A DNA stretch of 64,000 nt from the human T2T-CHM13v2.0 reference genome, Homo sapiens, in NCBI RefSeq assembly GCF_009914755.1, contig NC_060925.1, one strand, 5' to 3'. The stretch's first letter is position 1, and each line of letters opens with the position of its first letter. Both the position numbers and the translations under genes were made by a program. This document shows positions 40,649 through 53,929 of this stretch, in pieces. The notes below the pieces were generated by a model. That model made no database searches. It was not told the DNA's origin and saw only the letters and a list, made by a program, of their open reading frames with translations.

Positions 40649-41668
40649 GAATTCTCAGTAACTTCCTTGTGTTGTGTGTATTCAACTGACAGAGTTGAAC
40701 TTTCATTTAGAGAGAGCAGATTTGAAACACTGTTTTTGTGGAATTTGCAATTGGAGATTTCAAGCGCTTTGGGGCCAAAGGCAGAAAAGGAAATATCTTC
40801 GTATAAAAACTAGACAGAATCATTCTCAGAAACTGCTGCGTGATGTGTGCGTTCAACTCTCAGAGTTTAACTTTTCTTTTCATTCAGCGGTTTGGAAACA
40901 CTCTGTTTGTAAAGTCTGCACGTAGATATTTTGACCACTTAGAGGCCTTCGTTGGAAACGGGTTTTTTTCATGTAAGGCTAGACAGAAGAATTCCCAGTA
41001 ACTTCCTTGTGTTGTGTGCATTCAACTCACAGAGTTGAACGTTCCCTTAGACAGAGCAGATTTGAAACACTCTATTTGTGCAATTTGCAAGTGTAGATCT
41101 CAAGCGCTTTAAGGTCAATGGGAGAAAAGGAAATATCTTCGTTTCAAAACTAGACAGAATCATTCCCACAAACTGCGTTGTGATGTGTTCGTTCAACTCA
41201 CAGAGTTTAACCTTTCTGTTCATAGAGCAGTTAGGAAACACTCTGTTTGTAAAGTCTGCAAGTGGATATTCAGACCTCCTTGAGGCCTTCGTTGGAAGCG
41301 GGATTTCTTCATATTCTGCTAGACAGAAGAATTCTCAGTAACTTCCTTGTGTTGTGTTTATTCAACTCACAGAGTTGAATGATCCTTTACACAGAGCAGA
41401 CTTGAAACACTCTTTTTGTGGAATTTGCAAGTGGAGATTTCAGCCGCTTTGACGTCAATGGTAGAAAAGTAAATATCTTCGTATAAAGACTAGACAGAAT
41501 GATTCTCATAAACTCCTTTGTGATGTGTGCGTTCAACTCACAGAGTTTAACCTTTCTGTTCATAGAGCAGTTAGGAAACACTCTGTTTGTAAAGTCTGCA
41601 AGTGGATATTCAGACCTCTTTGAGGCCTTCGTTGGAAACGGGATTTCTTCATATTCTGCTAGACAGAA
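40649..41668 (+). repeat. Second 1020-bp 6-monomer HOR unit
   Basis: Cassette starts 40674 and 41694. Shares private variants (CACGTAGAT, GTTGGAAGCG, GACGTCAAT) with the unit at 36909. Confidence 0.8.
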
Positions 41669-44600
41669 GAATTCTCAGTAACTTCCTTGTGTTGTGTGTA
41701 TTCAACTGACAGAGTTGAACTTTCATTTGGAGAGAGCAGATTTGAAACACTGTTTTTGTGGAATTTGCAAGTGGAGATTTCAAGCGCTTTGGGGCCAAAG
41801 GCAGAAAAGGAAATATCTTCGTATAAAAACTAGACAGAATCATTCTCAGAAACTGCTGCGTGATGTGTGCGTTCAACTCTCAGAGTTTAACTTTTCTTTT
41901 CATTCAGCGGTTTGGAAACACTCTGTTTGTAAAGTCTGCACGTGGATATTTTGACCACTTAGAGGCCTTCGTTGGAAACGGGTTTTTTTCATGTAAGGCT
42001 AGACAGAAGAATTCCCAGTAACTTCCTTGTGTTGTGTGCATTCAACTCACAGAGTTGAACGTTCCCTTAGACAGAGCAGATTTGAAACACTCTATTTGTG
42101 CAATTTGCAAGTGTAGATTTCAAGCGCTTTAAGGTCAACGGCAGAAAAGGAAATACCTTCGTTTCAAAACTAGACAGAATCATTCCCACAAACTGCGTTG
42201 TGATGTGTTCGTTCAACTCACAGAGTTTAACCTTTCTGTTCATAGAGCAGTTAGGAAACACTCTGTTTGTAAAGTCTGTAAGTGGATATTCTGACATCTT
42301 GTGGCCTTCGTTGGAAACGGGATTTCTTCATATTCTGCTAGACAGAAGAATTCTCAGTAACTTCCTTGTGTTGTGTGTATTCAACTCACAGAGTTGAACG
42401 ATCCTTTACACAGAGCAGACTTGAAACACTCTTTTTGTGGAATTTGCAAGTGGAGATTTCAGCCGCTTTGAGGTCAATGGTAGAAAAGGAAACTATCTTC
42501 ATATAAAGACTAGACAGAATGATTCTCAGAAAATCTTTTGTGATGTGTGCGTTCAACTCACAGAGTTTAACTTTTCTTCTCATAGAGCAGTTAGGAAACA
42601 CTCTGTTTGTAAAGTCTGCAAGTGGATATTCAGACCTCTTTGAGGCCTTCGTTGGAAACGGGATTTCTTCAAATTATGCTAGACAGAATAATTCTCAGTA
42701 ACTTCCTTGTGTTCTGTGTATTCAACTCACAGAGTTGAAGGATCCTTTACAGAGAGCAGGCTTGAAACACTCTTTTTGTCGAATTTGCAAGTGGAGATTT
42801 CAGCCGCTTTGAGGTCAATGGTAGAATAGGAAATATCTTCTTATAGAAACTAGACAAAATGATTCTCATGAACTCCTTTGTGATGTGTGCGTTCAACTCA
42901 CAGAGTTTAACCTTTCTTTTCATAGAGCAGTTAGGAAACACTCTGTTTGTAAAGTCTGCAAGTGGATATTCAGACCTCCTTGAGGCCTTCGTTGGAAACG
43001 GGATTTCTTCATATTCTGCTAGACAGAAGAATTCTCAGTAACTTCCTTGTGTTGTGTTTATTCAACTCACAGAGTTGAATGATCCTTTACACAGAGCAGA
43101 CTTGAAACACTCTTTTTGTGGAATTTGCAAGTGGAGATTTCAGCCGCTTTGAGGTCAATGGTAGAAAAGTAAATATCTTCGTATAAAGACTAGACAGAAT
43201 GATTCTCAGAAACTCCTTTGTGATGTGTGCGTTCAACTCACAGAGTTTAACCTTTCTGTTCATAGAGCAGTTAGGAAACACTCTGTTTGTAAAGTCTGCA
43301 AGTGGATATTCAGACCTCCTTGAGGCCTTCGTTGGAAACGGGATTTCTTCATATTCTGCTAGACAGAAGAATTCTCAGTAACTTCCTTGTGTTGTGTGTA
43401 TTCAACTCACAGAGTTGAACGATCCTTTACACAGAGCAGACTTGAAACACTCTTTTTGTGGAATTTGCAAGTGGAGATTTCAGCCGATTTGAGGTCAATG
43501 GTAGAATAGGAAATATCTTCCTATAGAAACTAGACAGAATGATTCTCAGAAACTCCTTTGTGATGTGTGTGTTCAACTCACAGAGTTTAAGCTTTCTTTT
43601 CATAGAGCAGTTAGGAAACACTCTGTTTGTAAAGTCTGCAAGTGGATATTCAGACCTCTTTGAGGCCTTCGTTGGAAACGGGATTTCTTCATATTCTGCT
43701 AGACAGAAGAATTCTCAGTAACTTCCTTGTGTTGTGTGTATTCAACTCACAGAGTTGAACGATCCTTTACACAGAGCAGACTTGAAACACTCTTTTTGTG
43801 GAGTTTGCAAGTGGATATTTCAGCCGCTTTGAGGTCAATAGTAGAAAAGGAAATATCTTCGTAGAAAAACTAGACAGAATGATTCTCAGAAACTCCTTTG
43901 TGATGTGTGTGTTCAACTCACAGAGTTTAACCTTTCTTTTCATAGAGCAGTTAGTAAACACTCTGTTTATAAAGTCTGCAAGTGGATACTCAGACCCCTT
44001 TGAGGCCTTCGTTGGAAACGGGATTTCTTCATATTATGCTAGACAGAAGAATTCTCAGTAACTTCCTTGTGTTGTGTGTATTCAACTGACAGAGTTGAAC
44101 TTTCATTTAGAGAGAGCAGATTTGAAACACTGTTTTTGTGGAATTTGCAAGTGGAGATTTCAAGCGCTTTGGGGCCAAAGGCAGAAAAGGAAATATCTTC
44201 GTATAAAAACTAGACAGAATCATTCTCATAAACTGCTGCGTGATGTGTGCGTTCAACTCTCAGAGTTTAACTTTTCTTTTTATTCAGCGGTTTGGAAACA
44301 CTCTGTTTGTAAAGTCTGCACGTGGATATTTTGACCACTTAGAGGCCTTCGTTGGAAACGGGTTTTTTTCATGTAAGGCTAGACAGAAGAATTCCCAGTA
44401 ACTTCCTTGTGTTGTGTGCATTCAACTCACAGAGTTGAACGTTCCCTTAGACAGAGCAGATTTGAAACATCCTATTTGTGCAATTTGCAAGTGTAGATTT
44501 CAAGCGCTTTAAGGTCAACGGCAGAAAAGGAAATATCTTCCTTTCAAAACTAGACAGAATCATTCCCACAAACTGCGTTGTGATGTGTTCGTTCAACTCA

Positions 44601-45109
44601 CAGAGTTTAACCTTTCTGTTCATAGAGCAGTTAGGAAACACTCTGTTTGTAAAGTCTGTGAGTGGATATTCTGACATCTTGTGGCCTTCGTTGGAAACGG
44701 GATTTCTTCATATTCTGCTAGACAGAAGAATTCTCAGTAACTTCCTTGTGTTGTGTGTATTCAACTCACAGAGTTGAACGATCCTTTACACAGAGCAGAC
44801 TTGAAACACTCTTTTTGTGGAATTTGCAAGTGGAGATTTCAGCCGCTTTGAGGTCAATGGTAGAAAAGGAAACTATCTTCATATAAAGACTAGACAGAAT
44901 GATTCTCAGAAAATCTTTTGTGATGTGTGCGTTCAACTCACAGAGTTTAAGTTTTCTTCTCATAGAGCAGTTAGGAAACACTCTGTTTGTAAAGTCTGCA
45001 AGTGGATATTCAGACCTCTTTGAGGCCTTCGTTGGAAACGGGATTTCTTCATATTCTGCTAGACAGAAGAATTCTCACTAACTTCCTTGTGTTGTGTGTA
45101 TTCAACTCA

Positions 45110-47830
45110 CAGAGTTGAAGGATCCTTTACAGAGAGCAGGCTTGAAACACTCTTTTTGTCGAATTTGCAAGTGGAGATTTCAGCCGCTTTGAGGTGAATG
45201 GTAGAATAGGAAATATCTTCTTATAGAAACTAGACAGAATGATTCTCATAAACTCCTTTGTGATGTGTGCGTTCAACTCACAGAGTTTAACCTTTCTTTT
45301 CATAGAGCAGTTAGGAAACACTCTGTTTGTAAAGTCTGCAAGTGGATATTCAGACCTCCTTGAGGCCTTCGTTGGAAACGGGATTTCTTCATATTCTGCT
45401 AGACAGAAGAATTCTCAGTAACTTCCTTGTGTTGTGTTTATTCAACTCACAGAGTTGAATGATCCTTTACACAGAGCAGACTTGAAACACTCTTTTTGTG
45501 GAATTTGCAAGTGGAGATTTCAGCCGCTTTGAGGTCAATGGTAGAAAAGTAAATATCTTCGTATAAAGACTAGACAGAATGATTCTCAGAAACTCCTTTG
45601 TGATGTGTGCGTTCAACTCACAGAGTTTAACCTTTCTGTTCATAGAGCAGTTAGGAAACACTCTGTTTGTAAAGTCTGCAAGTGGATATTCAGACCTCCT
45701 TGAGGCCTTCGTTGGAAACGGGATTTCTTCATATTCTGCTAGACAGAAGAATTCTCAGTAACTTCCTTGTGTTGTGTGTATTCAACTCACAGAGTTGAAC
45801 GATCCTTTACACAGAGCAGACTTGAAACACTCTTTTTGTGGAATTTGCAAGTGGAGATTTCAGCCGATTTGAGGTCAATGGTAGAATAGGAAATATCTTC
45901 CTATAGAAACTAGACAGAATGATTCTCAGAAACTCCTTTGTGATGTGTGCGTTCAACTCACAGAGTTTAACCTTTCTTTTCATAGAGCAGTTAGGAAACA
46001 CTCTGTTTGTAAAGTCTGCAAGTGGATATTCAGACCTCTTTGAGGCCTTCGTTGGAAACGGGATTTCTTCATATTCTGCTAGACAGAAGAATTCTCAGTA
46101 ACTTCCTTGTGTTGTGTGTATTCAACTCACAGAGTTGAACGATCCTTTACACAGAGCATACTTGAAACACTCTTTTTGTGGAATTTGCAAGTGGAGATTT
46201 CAGCCGCTTTGAGGTCAATAGTAGAAAAGGAAATATCTTCGTAGAAAAACTAGACAGAATGATTCTCAGAAACTCCTTTGTGATGTGTGTGTTCAACTCA
46301 CAGAGTTTAACCTTTCTTTTCATAGAGCAGTTAGTAAACACTCTGTTTATAAAGTCTGCAAGTGGATATTCAGACCCCTTTGAGGCCTTCGTTGGAAACG
46401 GGATTTCTTCATATTATGCTAGACAGAAGAATTCTCAGTAACTTCCTTGTGTTGTGTGTATTCAACTGACAGAGTTGAAGGATCCTTTACAGAGAGCAGG
46501 CTTGAAACACTCTTTTTGTCGAATTTGCAAGTGGAGATTTCAGCCGCTTTGAGGTGAAAGGTAGAATAGGAAATATCTTCTTATAGAAACTAGACAGAAT
46601 GATTCTCATAAACTCCTTTGTGATGTGTGCGTTCAACTCACAGAGTTTAACCTTTCTTTTCATAGAGCAGTTAGGAAACACTCTGTTTGTAAAGTCTGCA
46701 AGTGGATATTCAGACCTCCTTGAGGCCTTCGTTGGAAACGGGATTTCTTCATATTCTGCTAGACAGAAGAATTCTCAGTAACTTCCTTGTGTTGTGTTTA
46801 TTCAACTCACAGAGTTGAATGATCCTTTACACAGAGCAGACTTGAAACACTCTTTTTGTGGAATTTGCAAGTGGAGATTTCAGCCGCTTTGAGGTCAATG
46901 GTAGAAAAGTAAATATCTTCGTATAAAGACTAGACAGAATGATTCTCAGAAACTCCTTTGTGATGTGTGCGTTCAACTCACAGAGTTTAACCTTTCTGTT
47001 CATAGAGCAGTTAGGAAACACTCTGTTTGTAAAGTCTGCAAGTGGATATTCAGACCTCCTTGAGGCCTTCGTTGGAAACGGGATTTCTTCATATTCTGCT
47101 AGACAGAAGAATTCTCAGTAACTTCCTTGTGTTGTGTGTATTCAACTCACAGAGTTGAACGATCCTTTACACAGAGCAGACTTGAAACACTCTTTTTGTG
47201 GAATTTGCAAGTGGAGATTTCAGCCGATTTGAGGTCAATGGTAGAATAGGAAATATCTTCCTATAGAAACTAGACAGAATGATTCTCAGAAACTCCTTTG
47301 TGATGTGTGCGTTCAACTCACAGAGTTTAACCTTTCTTTTCATAGAGCAGTTAGGAAACACTCTGTTTGTAAAGTCTGCAAGTGGATATTCAGACCTCTT
47401 TGAGGCCTTCGTTGGAAACGGGATTTCTTCCTATTCTGCTAGACAGAAGAATTCTCAGTAACTTCCTTGTGTTGTGTGTATTCAACTCACAGAGTTGAAC
47501 GATCCTTTACACAGAGCAGACTTGAAACACTCTTTTTGTGGAATTTGCAAGTGGAGATTTCAGCCGCTTTGAGGTCAATAGTAGAAAAGGAAATATCTTC
47601 GTAGAAAAACTAGACAGAATGATTCTCAGAAACTCCTTTGTGATGTGTGTGTTCAACTCACAGAGTTTAACCTTTCTTTTCATAGAGCAGTTAGTAAACA
47701 CTCTGTTTATAAAGTCTGCAAGTGGATATTCAGACCCCTTTGAGGCCTTCGTTGGAAACGGGATTTCTTCATATTATGCTAGACAGAAGAATTCTCAGTA
47801 ACTTCCTTGTGTTGTGTGTATTCAACTGAC
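45110..47830 (+). repeat. Tandem duplication E, 1360-bp period (8 monomers)
   Basis: Offsets 45127/46487, 45467/46827, 45807/47167 and 46147/47507. Marker GAGGTGAA near 45191 and 46551. Confidence 0.88.
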
Positions 47831-50060
47831 AGAGTTGAACTTTCATTTAGAGAGAGCAGATTTGAAACACTGTTTTTGTGGAATTTGCAAGTGGAGATTT
47901 CAAGCGCTTTGGGGCCAAAGGCAGAAAAGGAAATATCTTCGTATAAAAACTCAGCAGAATCATTCTCAGAAACTGCTGCGTGATGTGTGCGTTCAACTCT
48001 CAGAGTTTAACTTTTCTTTTCATTCAGCGGTTTGGAAACACTCTGTTTGTAAAGTCTGCACGTGGATATTATGACCACTTAGAGGCCTTCGTTGGAAACG
48101 GGTTTTCTTCATGTAAGGCTAGACAGAAGAATTCCCAGTAACTTCCTTGTGTTGTGTGCATTCAACTCACAGAGTTGAACGTTCCCTTAGACAGAGCAGA
48201 TTTGAAACACTCTATTTGTGCAATTTGCAAGTGTAGATTTCAAGCGCTTTAAGGTCAATGGCAGAAAAGGAAATTTCTTCGTTGCAAAACTAGACAGAAT
48301 CATTCCCACAAACTGCGTTGTGATGTGTTCGTTCAACTCACAGAGTTTAACCTTTCTGTTCATAGAGCAGTTAGGAAACACTCTGTTTGTAAAGTCTGCA
48401 AGTGGATATTCAGACCTCCTTGAGGCCTTCGTTGCAAACGGGATTTCTTCATATTCTGCTAGACAGAAGAATTCTCAGTAACTTCCTTGTGTTGTGTGTA
48501 TTCAACTCACAGAGTTGAACGACCCTTTACACAGAGCAGACTTGAAACACTCTTTTTGTGGAATTTGCAAGTGGAGATTTCAGCCGCTTTGAGGTCAATG
48601 GTAGAAAAGGAAATATCTTCGTACAAAGACTAGACAGAATGATTCTCATAAACTCCTTTGTGATGTGTGCGTTCAACTCACAGAGTTTAACTTTTCTTTT
48701 CATAGAGCAGTTAGGAAACACTCTCTTTGTAAAGTCTGCAAGTGGATATTCAGACCTCTTTGAGGCCTTCGTTGGAAACGGGATTTCTTCATATTCTGCT
48801 AGACAGAAGAATTCTCAGTAACTTCCTTGTGTTGTGTGTATTCAACTCACAGAGTTGAACGATCCTTTACACAGAGCAGACTTGAAACACTCTTTTTGTG
48901 GAATTTGCAAGTGGAGATTTCAGCCGCTTTGAGGTCAATGGTAGAATAGGAAATATCTTCCTATAGAAACTAGACAGAACGATTCTCAGAAACTCCTTTG
49001 TGATGTGTGCGTTCAACTCACAGAGTTTAAACTTTCTTTTCATAGAGCCGTTAGGAAACACTCTGTTTGTAAAGTCTGCAAGTGGATATTCAGACCTCTT
49101 TGAGGCCTTCGTTGGAAACGGGATTTCTTCATATTCTGCTAGACAGAAGAATTCTCAGTAACTTCCTTGTGTTGTGTGTATTCAACTCACAGAGTTGAAG
49201 GATCCTTTACACAGAGCAGACTTGAAACACTCTTTTTGTCGAATTTGCAAGTGGAGATTTCAGCCGCTTTGAGGTCAATAGTAGAAAAGGAAATATCTTC
49301 GTAGAAAAACTAGACAGAATGATTCTCAGAAACTCCTTTGTGATGTGTGTGTTCAACTCACAGAGTTTAACCTTTCTTTTCCTAGAGCAGTTAGTAAACA
49401 CTCTGTTTGTAAAGTCTGCAAGTGGATATTCAGACCTCTTTGAGGCCTTCGATGGAAACGGGATTTCTTCATATTCTGCTAGACAGAAGGATTCTCAGTA
49501 ACTTCCTTGTGTTGTGTGTATTCAACTCACAGAGTTGAACGATCCTTTACAGAGAGCAGGCTTGAAACACTCTTTTTGTCGAATTTGCAAGTGGAGATTT
49601 CAGCCGCTTTGAGGTCAATGGTAGAATAGGAAATATCTTCTTATAGAAACTAGACAGAATGATTCTCATAAACTCCTTTGTGATGTGTGCGTTCAACTCA
49701 CAGAGTTTAACCTTTCTTTTCATAGAGCAGTTAGGAAACACTCTGTTTGTAAAGTCTGCAAGTGGATATTCAGACCTCCTTGAGGCCTTCGTTGGAAACG
49801 GGATTTCTTCATATTCTGCTAGACAGAAGAATTCTCAGTAACTTCCTTGTGTTGTGTTTATTCAACTCACAGAGTTGAAGGATCCTTTACACAGAGCAGA
49901 CTTGAAACACTCTTTTTGTGGAATTTGCAAGTGGAGATTTCAGCCGCTTTGAGGTCAATGGTAGAAAAGTAAATATCTTCGTATAAAGACTAGACAGAAT
50001 GATTCTCAGAAACTCCTTTGTGATGTGTGCGTTCAACTCACAGAGTTTAACCTTTCTGTT
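47160..50060 (+). repeat. Block duplication G, copy 1 (paralog ~61100-64000, offset 13934)
   Basis: Shared rare markers AAAACTCAGCAG, GTTGCAAAAC, GACCCTTT, GTACAAAGAC, GAGCCGTTAGG and CTTCGATGG. Confidence 0.9.
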
Positions 50061-53000
50061 CATAGAGCAGTTAGGAAACACTCTGTTTGTAAAGTCTGCA
50101 AGTGGATATTCAGACCTCCTTGAGGCCTTCGTTGGAAACGGGATTTCTTCATATTCTGCTAGACAGAAGAATTCTCAGTAACTTCCTTGTGTTGTGTGTA
50201 TTCAACTGACAGAGTTGAACTTTCATTTAGAGAGAGCAGATTTGAAACACTGTTTTTGTGGAATTTGCAATTGGAGATTTCAAGCGCTTTGGGGCCAAAG
50301 GCAGAAAAGGAAATATCTTCGTATAAAAACTAGACAGAATCATTCTCAGAAACTGCTGCGTGATGTGTGCGTTCAACTCTCAGAGTTTAACTTTTCTTTT
50401 CATTCAGCGGTTTGGAAACACTCTGTTTGTAAAGTCTGCACGTGGAAATTTTGACCACTTAGAGGCCTTCGTTGGAAACGGGTTTTTTTCATGTAAGTCT
50501 AGACAGAAGAATTCCCAGTAACTTCCTTGTGTTGTGTGCATTCAACTCACAGAGTTGAACGTTCCCTTAGACAGAGCAGATTTGAAACACTCTATTTGTG
50601 CAATTTGCAAGTGTAGTTTTCCAGCTCTTTAAGGTCAACGGCAGAAAAGGAAATATCTTCGTTTCAAAAGTAGACAGAATCATTCCCACAAACTGCGTTG
50701 TGATGTGTTCGTTCAACTCACAGAGTTTAACCTTTCTGTTCATAGAGCAGTTAGGAAACACTCTGTTTGTAAAGTCTGTAAGTGGATATTCTGACATCTT
50801 GTGGCCTTCGTTGGAAACGGGATTTCTTCATATTCTGCTAGACAGAAGAATTCTCAGTAACTTCCTTGTGTTGTGTGTATTCAACTCACAGAGTTGAACG
50901 ATCCTTTACACAGAGCAGACTTGAAACACTCTTTTTGTGGAATTTGCAAGTGGAGATTTCAGCCGCTTTGAGGTCAATGGTAGAAAAGGAAACTATCTTC
51001 ATATAAAGACTAGACAGAATGATTCTCAGAAAATCTTTTGTGATGTGTGCGTTCAACTCACAGAGTTTAACTTTTCTTCTCATAGAGCAGTTAGGAAACA
51101 CTCTGTTTGTAAAGTCTGCAAGTGGATATTCAGACCTCTTTGAGGCCTTCGTTGGAAACGGGATTTCTTCATATTATGCTAGACAGAAGAATTCTCAGTA
51201 ACTTCCTTGTGTTGTGTGTATTCAACTCACAGAGTTGAAGGATCCTTTACAGAAAGCAGGCTTGAAACACTCTTTTTGTCGAATTTGCAAGTGGAGATTT
51301 CAGCCGCTTTGAGGTCAATGGTAGAATAGGAAATATCTTCTTATAGAAACTAGACAGGATGATTCTCATAAACTCCTTTGTGATGTGTGCGTTCAACTCA
51401 CAGAGTTTAACCTTTCTTTTCATAGAGCAGTTAGGAAACACTCTGTTTGTAAAGTCTGCAAGTGGATATTCAGACCTCCTTGAGGCCTTCGTTGGAAACG
51501 GGATTTCTTCATATTCTGCTAGACAGAAGAATTCTCAGTAACTTCCTTTTGTTGTGTTTATTCAACTCACAGAGTTGAATGATCCTTTACACAGAGCAGA
51601 CTTGAAACACTCTTTTTGTGGAATTTGCAAGTGGAGATTTCAGCCGCTTTGAGGTCAATGGTAGAAAAGTAAATATATTCGTATAAAGACTAGACAGAAT
51701 GATTCTCAGAAACTCCTTTGTGATGTGTGCGTTCAACTCACAGAGTTTAACCTTTCTGTTCATAGAGCAGTTAGGAAACACTCTGTTTGTAAAGTCTGCA
51801 AGTGGATATTCAGACCTCTTTGAGGCCTTCGTTGGAAACGGGATTTCTTCATATTCTGCTAGACAGAAGAATTCTCAGTAACTTCCTTGTGTTGTGTGTA
51901 TTCAACTCACAGAGTTGAACGATCCTTTACACAGAGCAGACTTGAAACACTCTTTTTGTGGAATTTGCAAGTGGAGATTTCAGCCGCTTTGAGGTCAATA
52001 GTAGAAAAGGAAATATCTTCGTAGAAAAACTAGACAGAATGATTCTCAGAAACTCCTTTGTGATGTGTGTGTTCAACTCACAGAGTTTAACCTTTCTTTT
52101 TCATAGAGCAGTTAGTAAACACTCTGTTTATAAAGTCTGCAAGTGGTTATTCAGACCCCTTTGTGGCCTTCGTTGGAAACGGGATTTCTTCATATTATGC
52201 TAGACAGAAGAATTCTCAGTAACTTCCTTGTGTTGTGTGTATTCAACTGACAGAGTTGAACTTTCATTTAGAGAGAGCAGATTTGAAACACTGTTTTTGT
52301 GGAATTTGCAAGTGGAAATTTCAAGCGCTTTGGGGTCAAAGGCAGAAAAGGAAATATCTTCGTATAAAAACTAGACAGAATCATTCTCAGAAACTGCTGC
52401 GTGATGTGTGCGTTCAACTCTCAGAGTTTAACTTTTCTTTTCATTCAGCGGTTTGGAAACACTCTGTTTGTAAAGTCTGCACGTGGATATTTTGACCACT
52501 TAGAGGCCTTCGTTGGAAACGGGTTTTTTTTCATGTAAGGCTAGACAGAAGAATTCCCAGTAACTTCCTTGTGTTGTGTGCATTCAACTCACAGAGTTGA
52601 ACGTTCCCTTAGACAGAGCAGATTTGAAACACTCTATTTGTGCAATTTGAAAGTGTAGATTTCAAGCGCTTTAAGGTCAACGGCAGAAAAGGAAATATCT
52701 TCGTTTCAAAACTAGACAGAATCATTCCCACAAACTGCGTTGTGATGTGTTCGTTCAACTCACAGAGTTTAACCTTTCTGTTCATAGAGCAGTTAGGAAA
52801 CACTCTGTTTGTAAAGTCTGTAAGTGGATATTCTGACATCTTGTGGCCTTCGTTGGAAACGGGATTTCTTCATATTCTGCTAGACAGAAGAATTCTCAGT
52901 AACTTCCTTGTGTTGTGTGTATTCAACTCACAGAGTTGAACGATCCTTTACACAGAGCAGACTTGAAACACTCTTTTTGTGGAATTTGCAAGTGGAGATT

Positions 53001-53929
53001 TCAGCCGCTTTGAGGTCAATGGTAGAAAAGGAAACTATCTTCATATAAAGACTAGACAGAATGATTCTCAGAAAATCTTTTGTGATGTGTGCGTTCAACT
53101 CACAAAGTTTAACTTTTCTTCTCATAGAGCAGTTAGGAAACACTCTGTTTGTAAAGTCTGCAAGTGGATATTCAGACCTCTTTGAGGCCTTCGTTGGAAA
53201 CGGGATTTCTTCATATTATGCTAGACAGAATAATTCTCAGTAACTTCCTTGTGTTGTGTGTATTCAACTCACAGAGTTGAAGGATCCTTTACAGAGAGCA
53301 GGCTTGAAACACTCTTTTTGTCGAATTTGCAAGTGGAGATTTCAGCCGCTTTGAGGTCAATGGTAGAATAGGAAATATCTTCTTATAGAAACTAGACAGA
53401 ATGATTCTCATAAACTCCTTTGTGATGTGTGCGTTCAACTCACAGAGTTTAACCTTTCTTTTCATAGAGCAGTTAGGAAACACTCTGTTTGTAAAGTCTG
53501 CAAGTGGATATTCAGACCTCCTTGAGGCCTTCGTTGGAAACGGGATTTCTTCATATTCTGCTAGACAGAAGAATTCTCAGTAACTTCCTTGTGTTGTGTT
53601 TATTCAACTCACAGAGTTGAATGATCCTTTACACAGAGCAGACTTGAAACACTCTTTTTGTGGAATTTGCAAGTGGAGATTTCAGCCGCTTTGAGGTCAA
53701 TGGTAGAAAAGTAAATATCTTCGTATAAAGACTAGACAGAATGATTCTCAGAAACTCCTTTGTGATGTGTGCGTTCAACTCACAGAGTTTAACCTTTCTG
53801 TTCATAGAGCAGTTAGGAAACACTCTGTTTGTAAAGTCTGCAAGTGGATATTCAGACCTCCTTGAGGCCTTCGTTGGAAACGGGATTTCTTCATATTCTG
53901 CTACACAGAAGAATTCTCAGTAACTTCCT

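Larger units (their letters stand above)
35770..43040 (+). repeat. Near-tandem duplication D, 3740-bp period (22 monomers)
   Basis: Markers AGAGCTGTTAGG, CAGAACTCCT, CACGTAGAT, GTTGGAAGCG, AAATTATGCT and TTCTCATGAA each recur exactly 3740 bp later. Confidence 0.9.
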
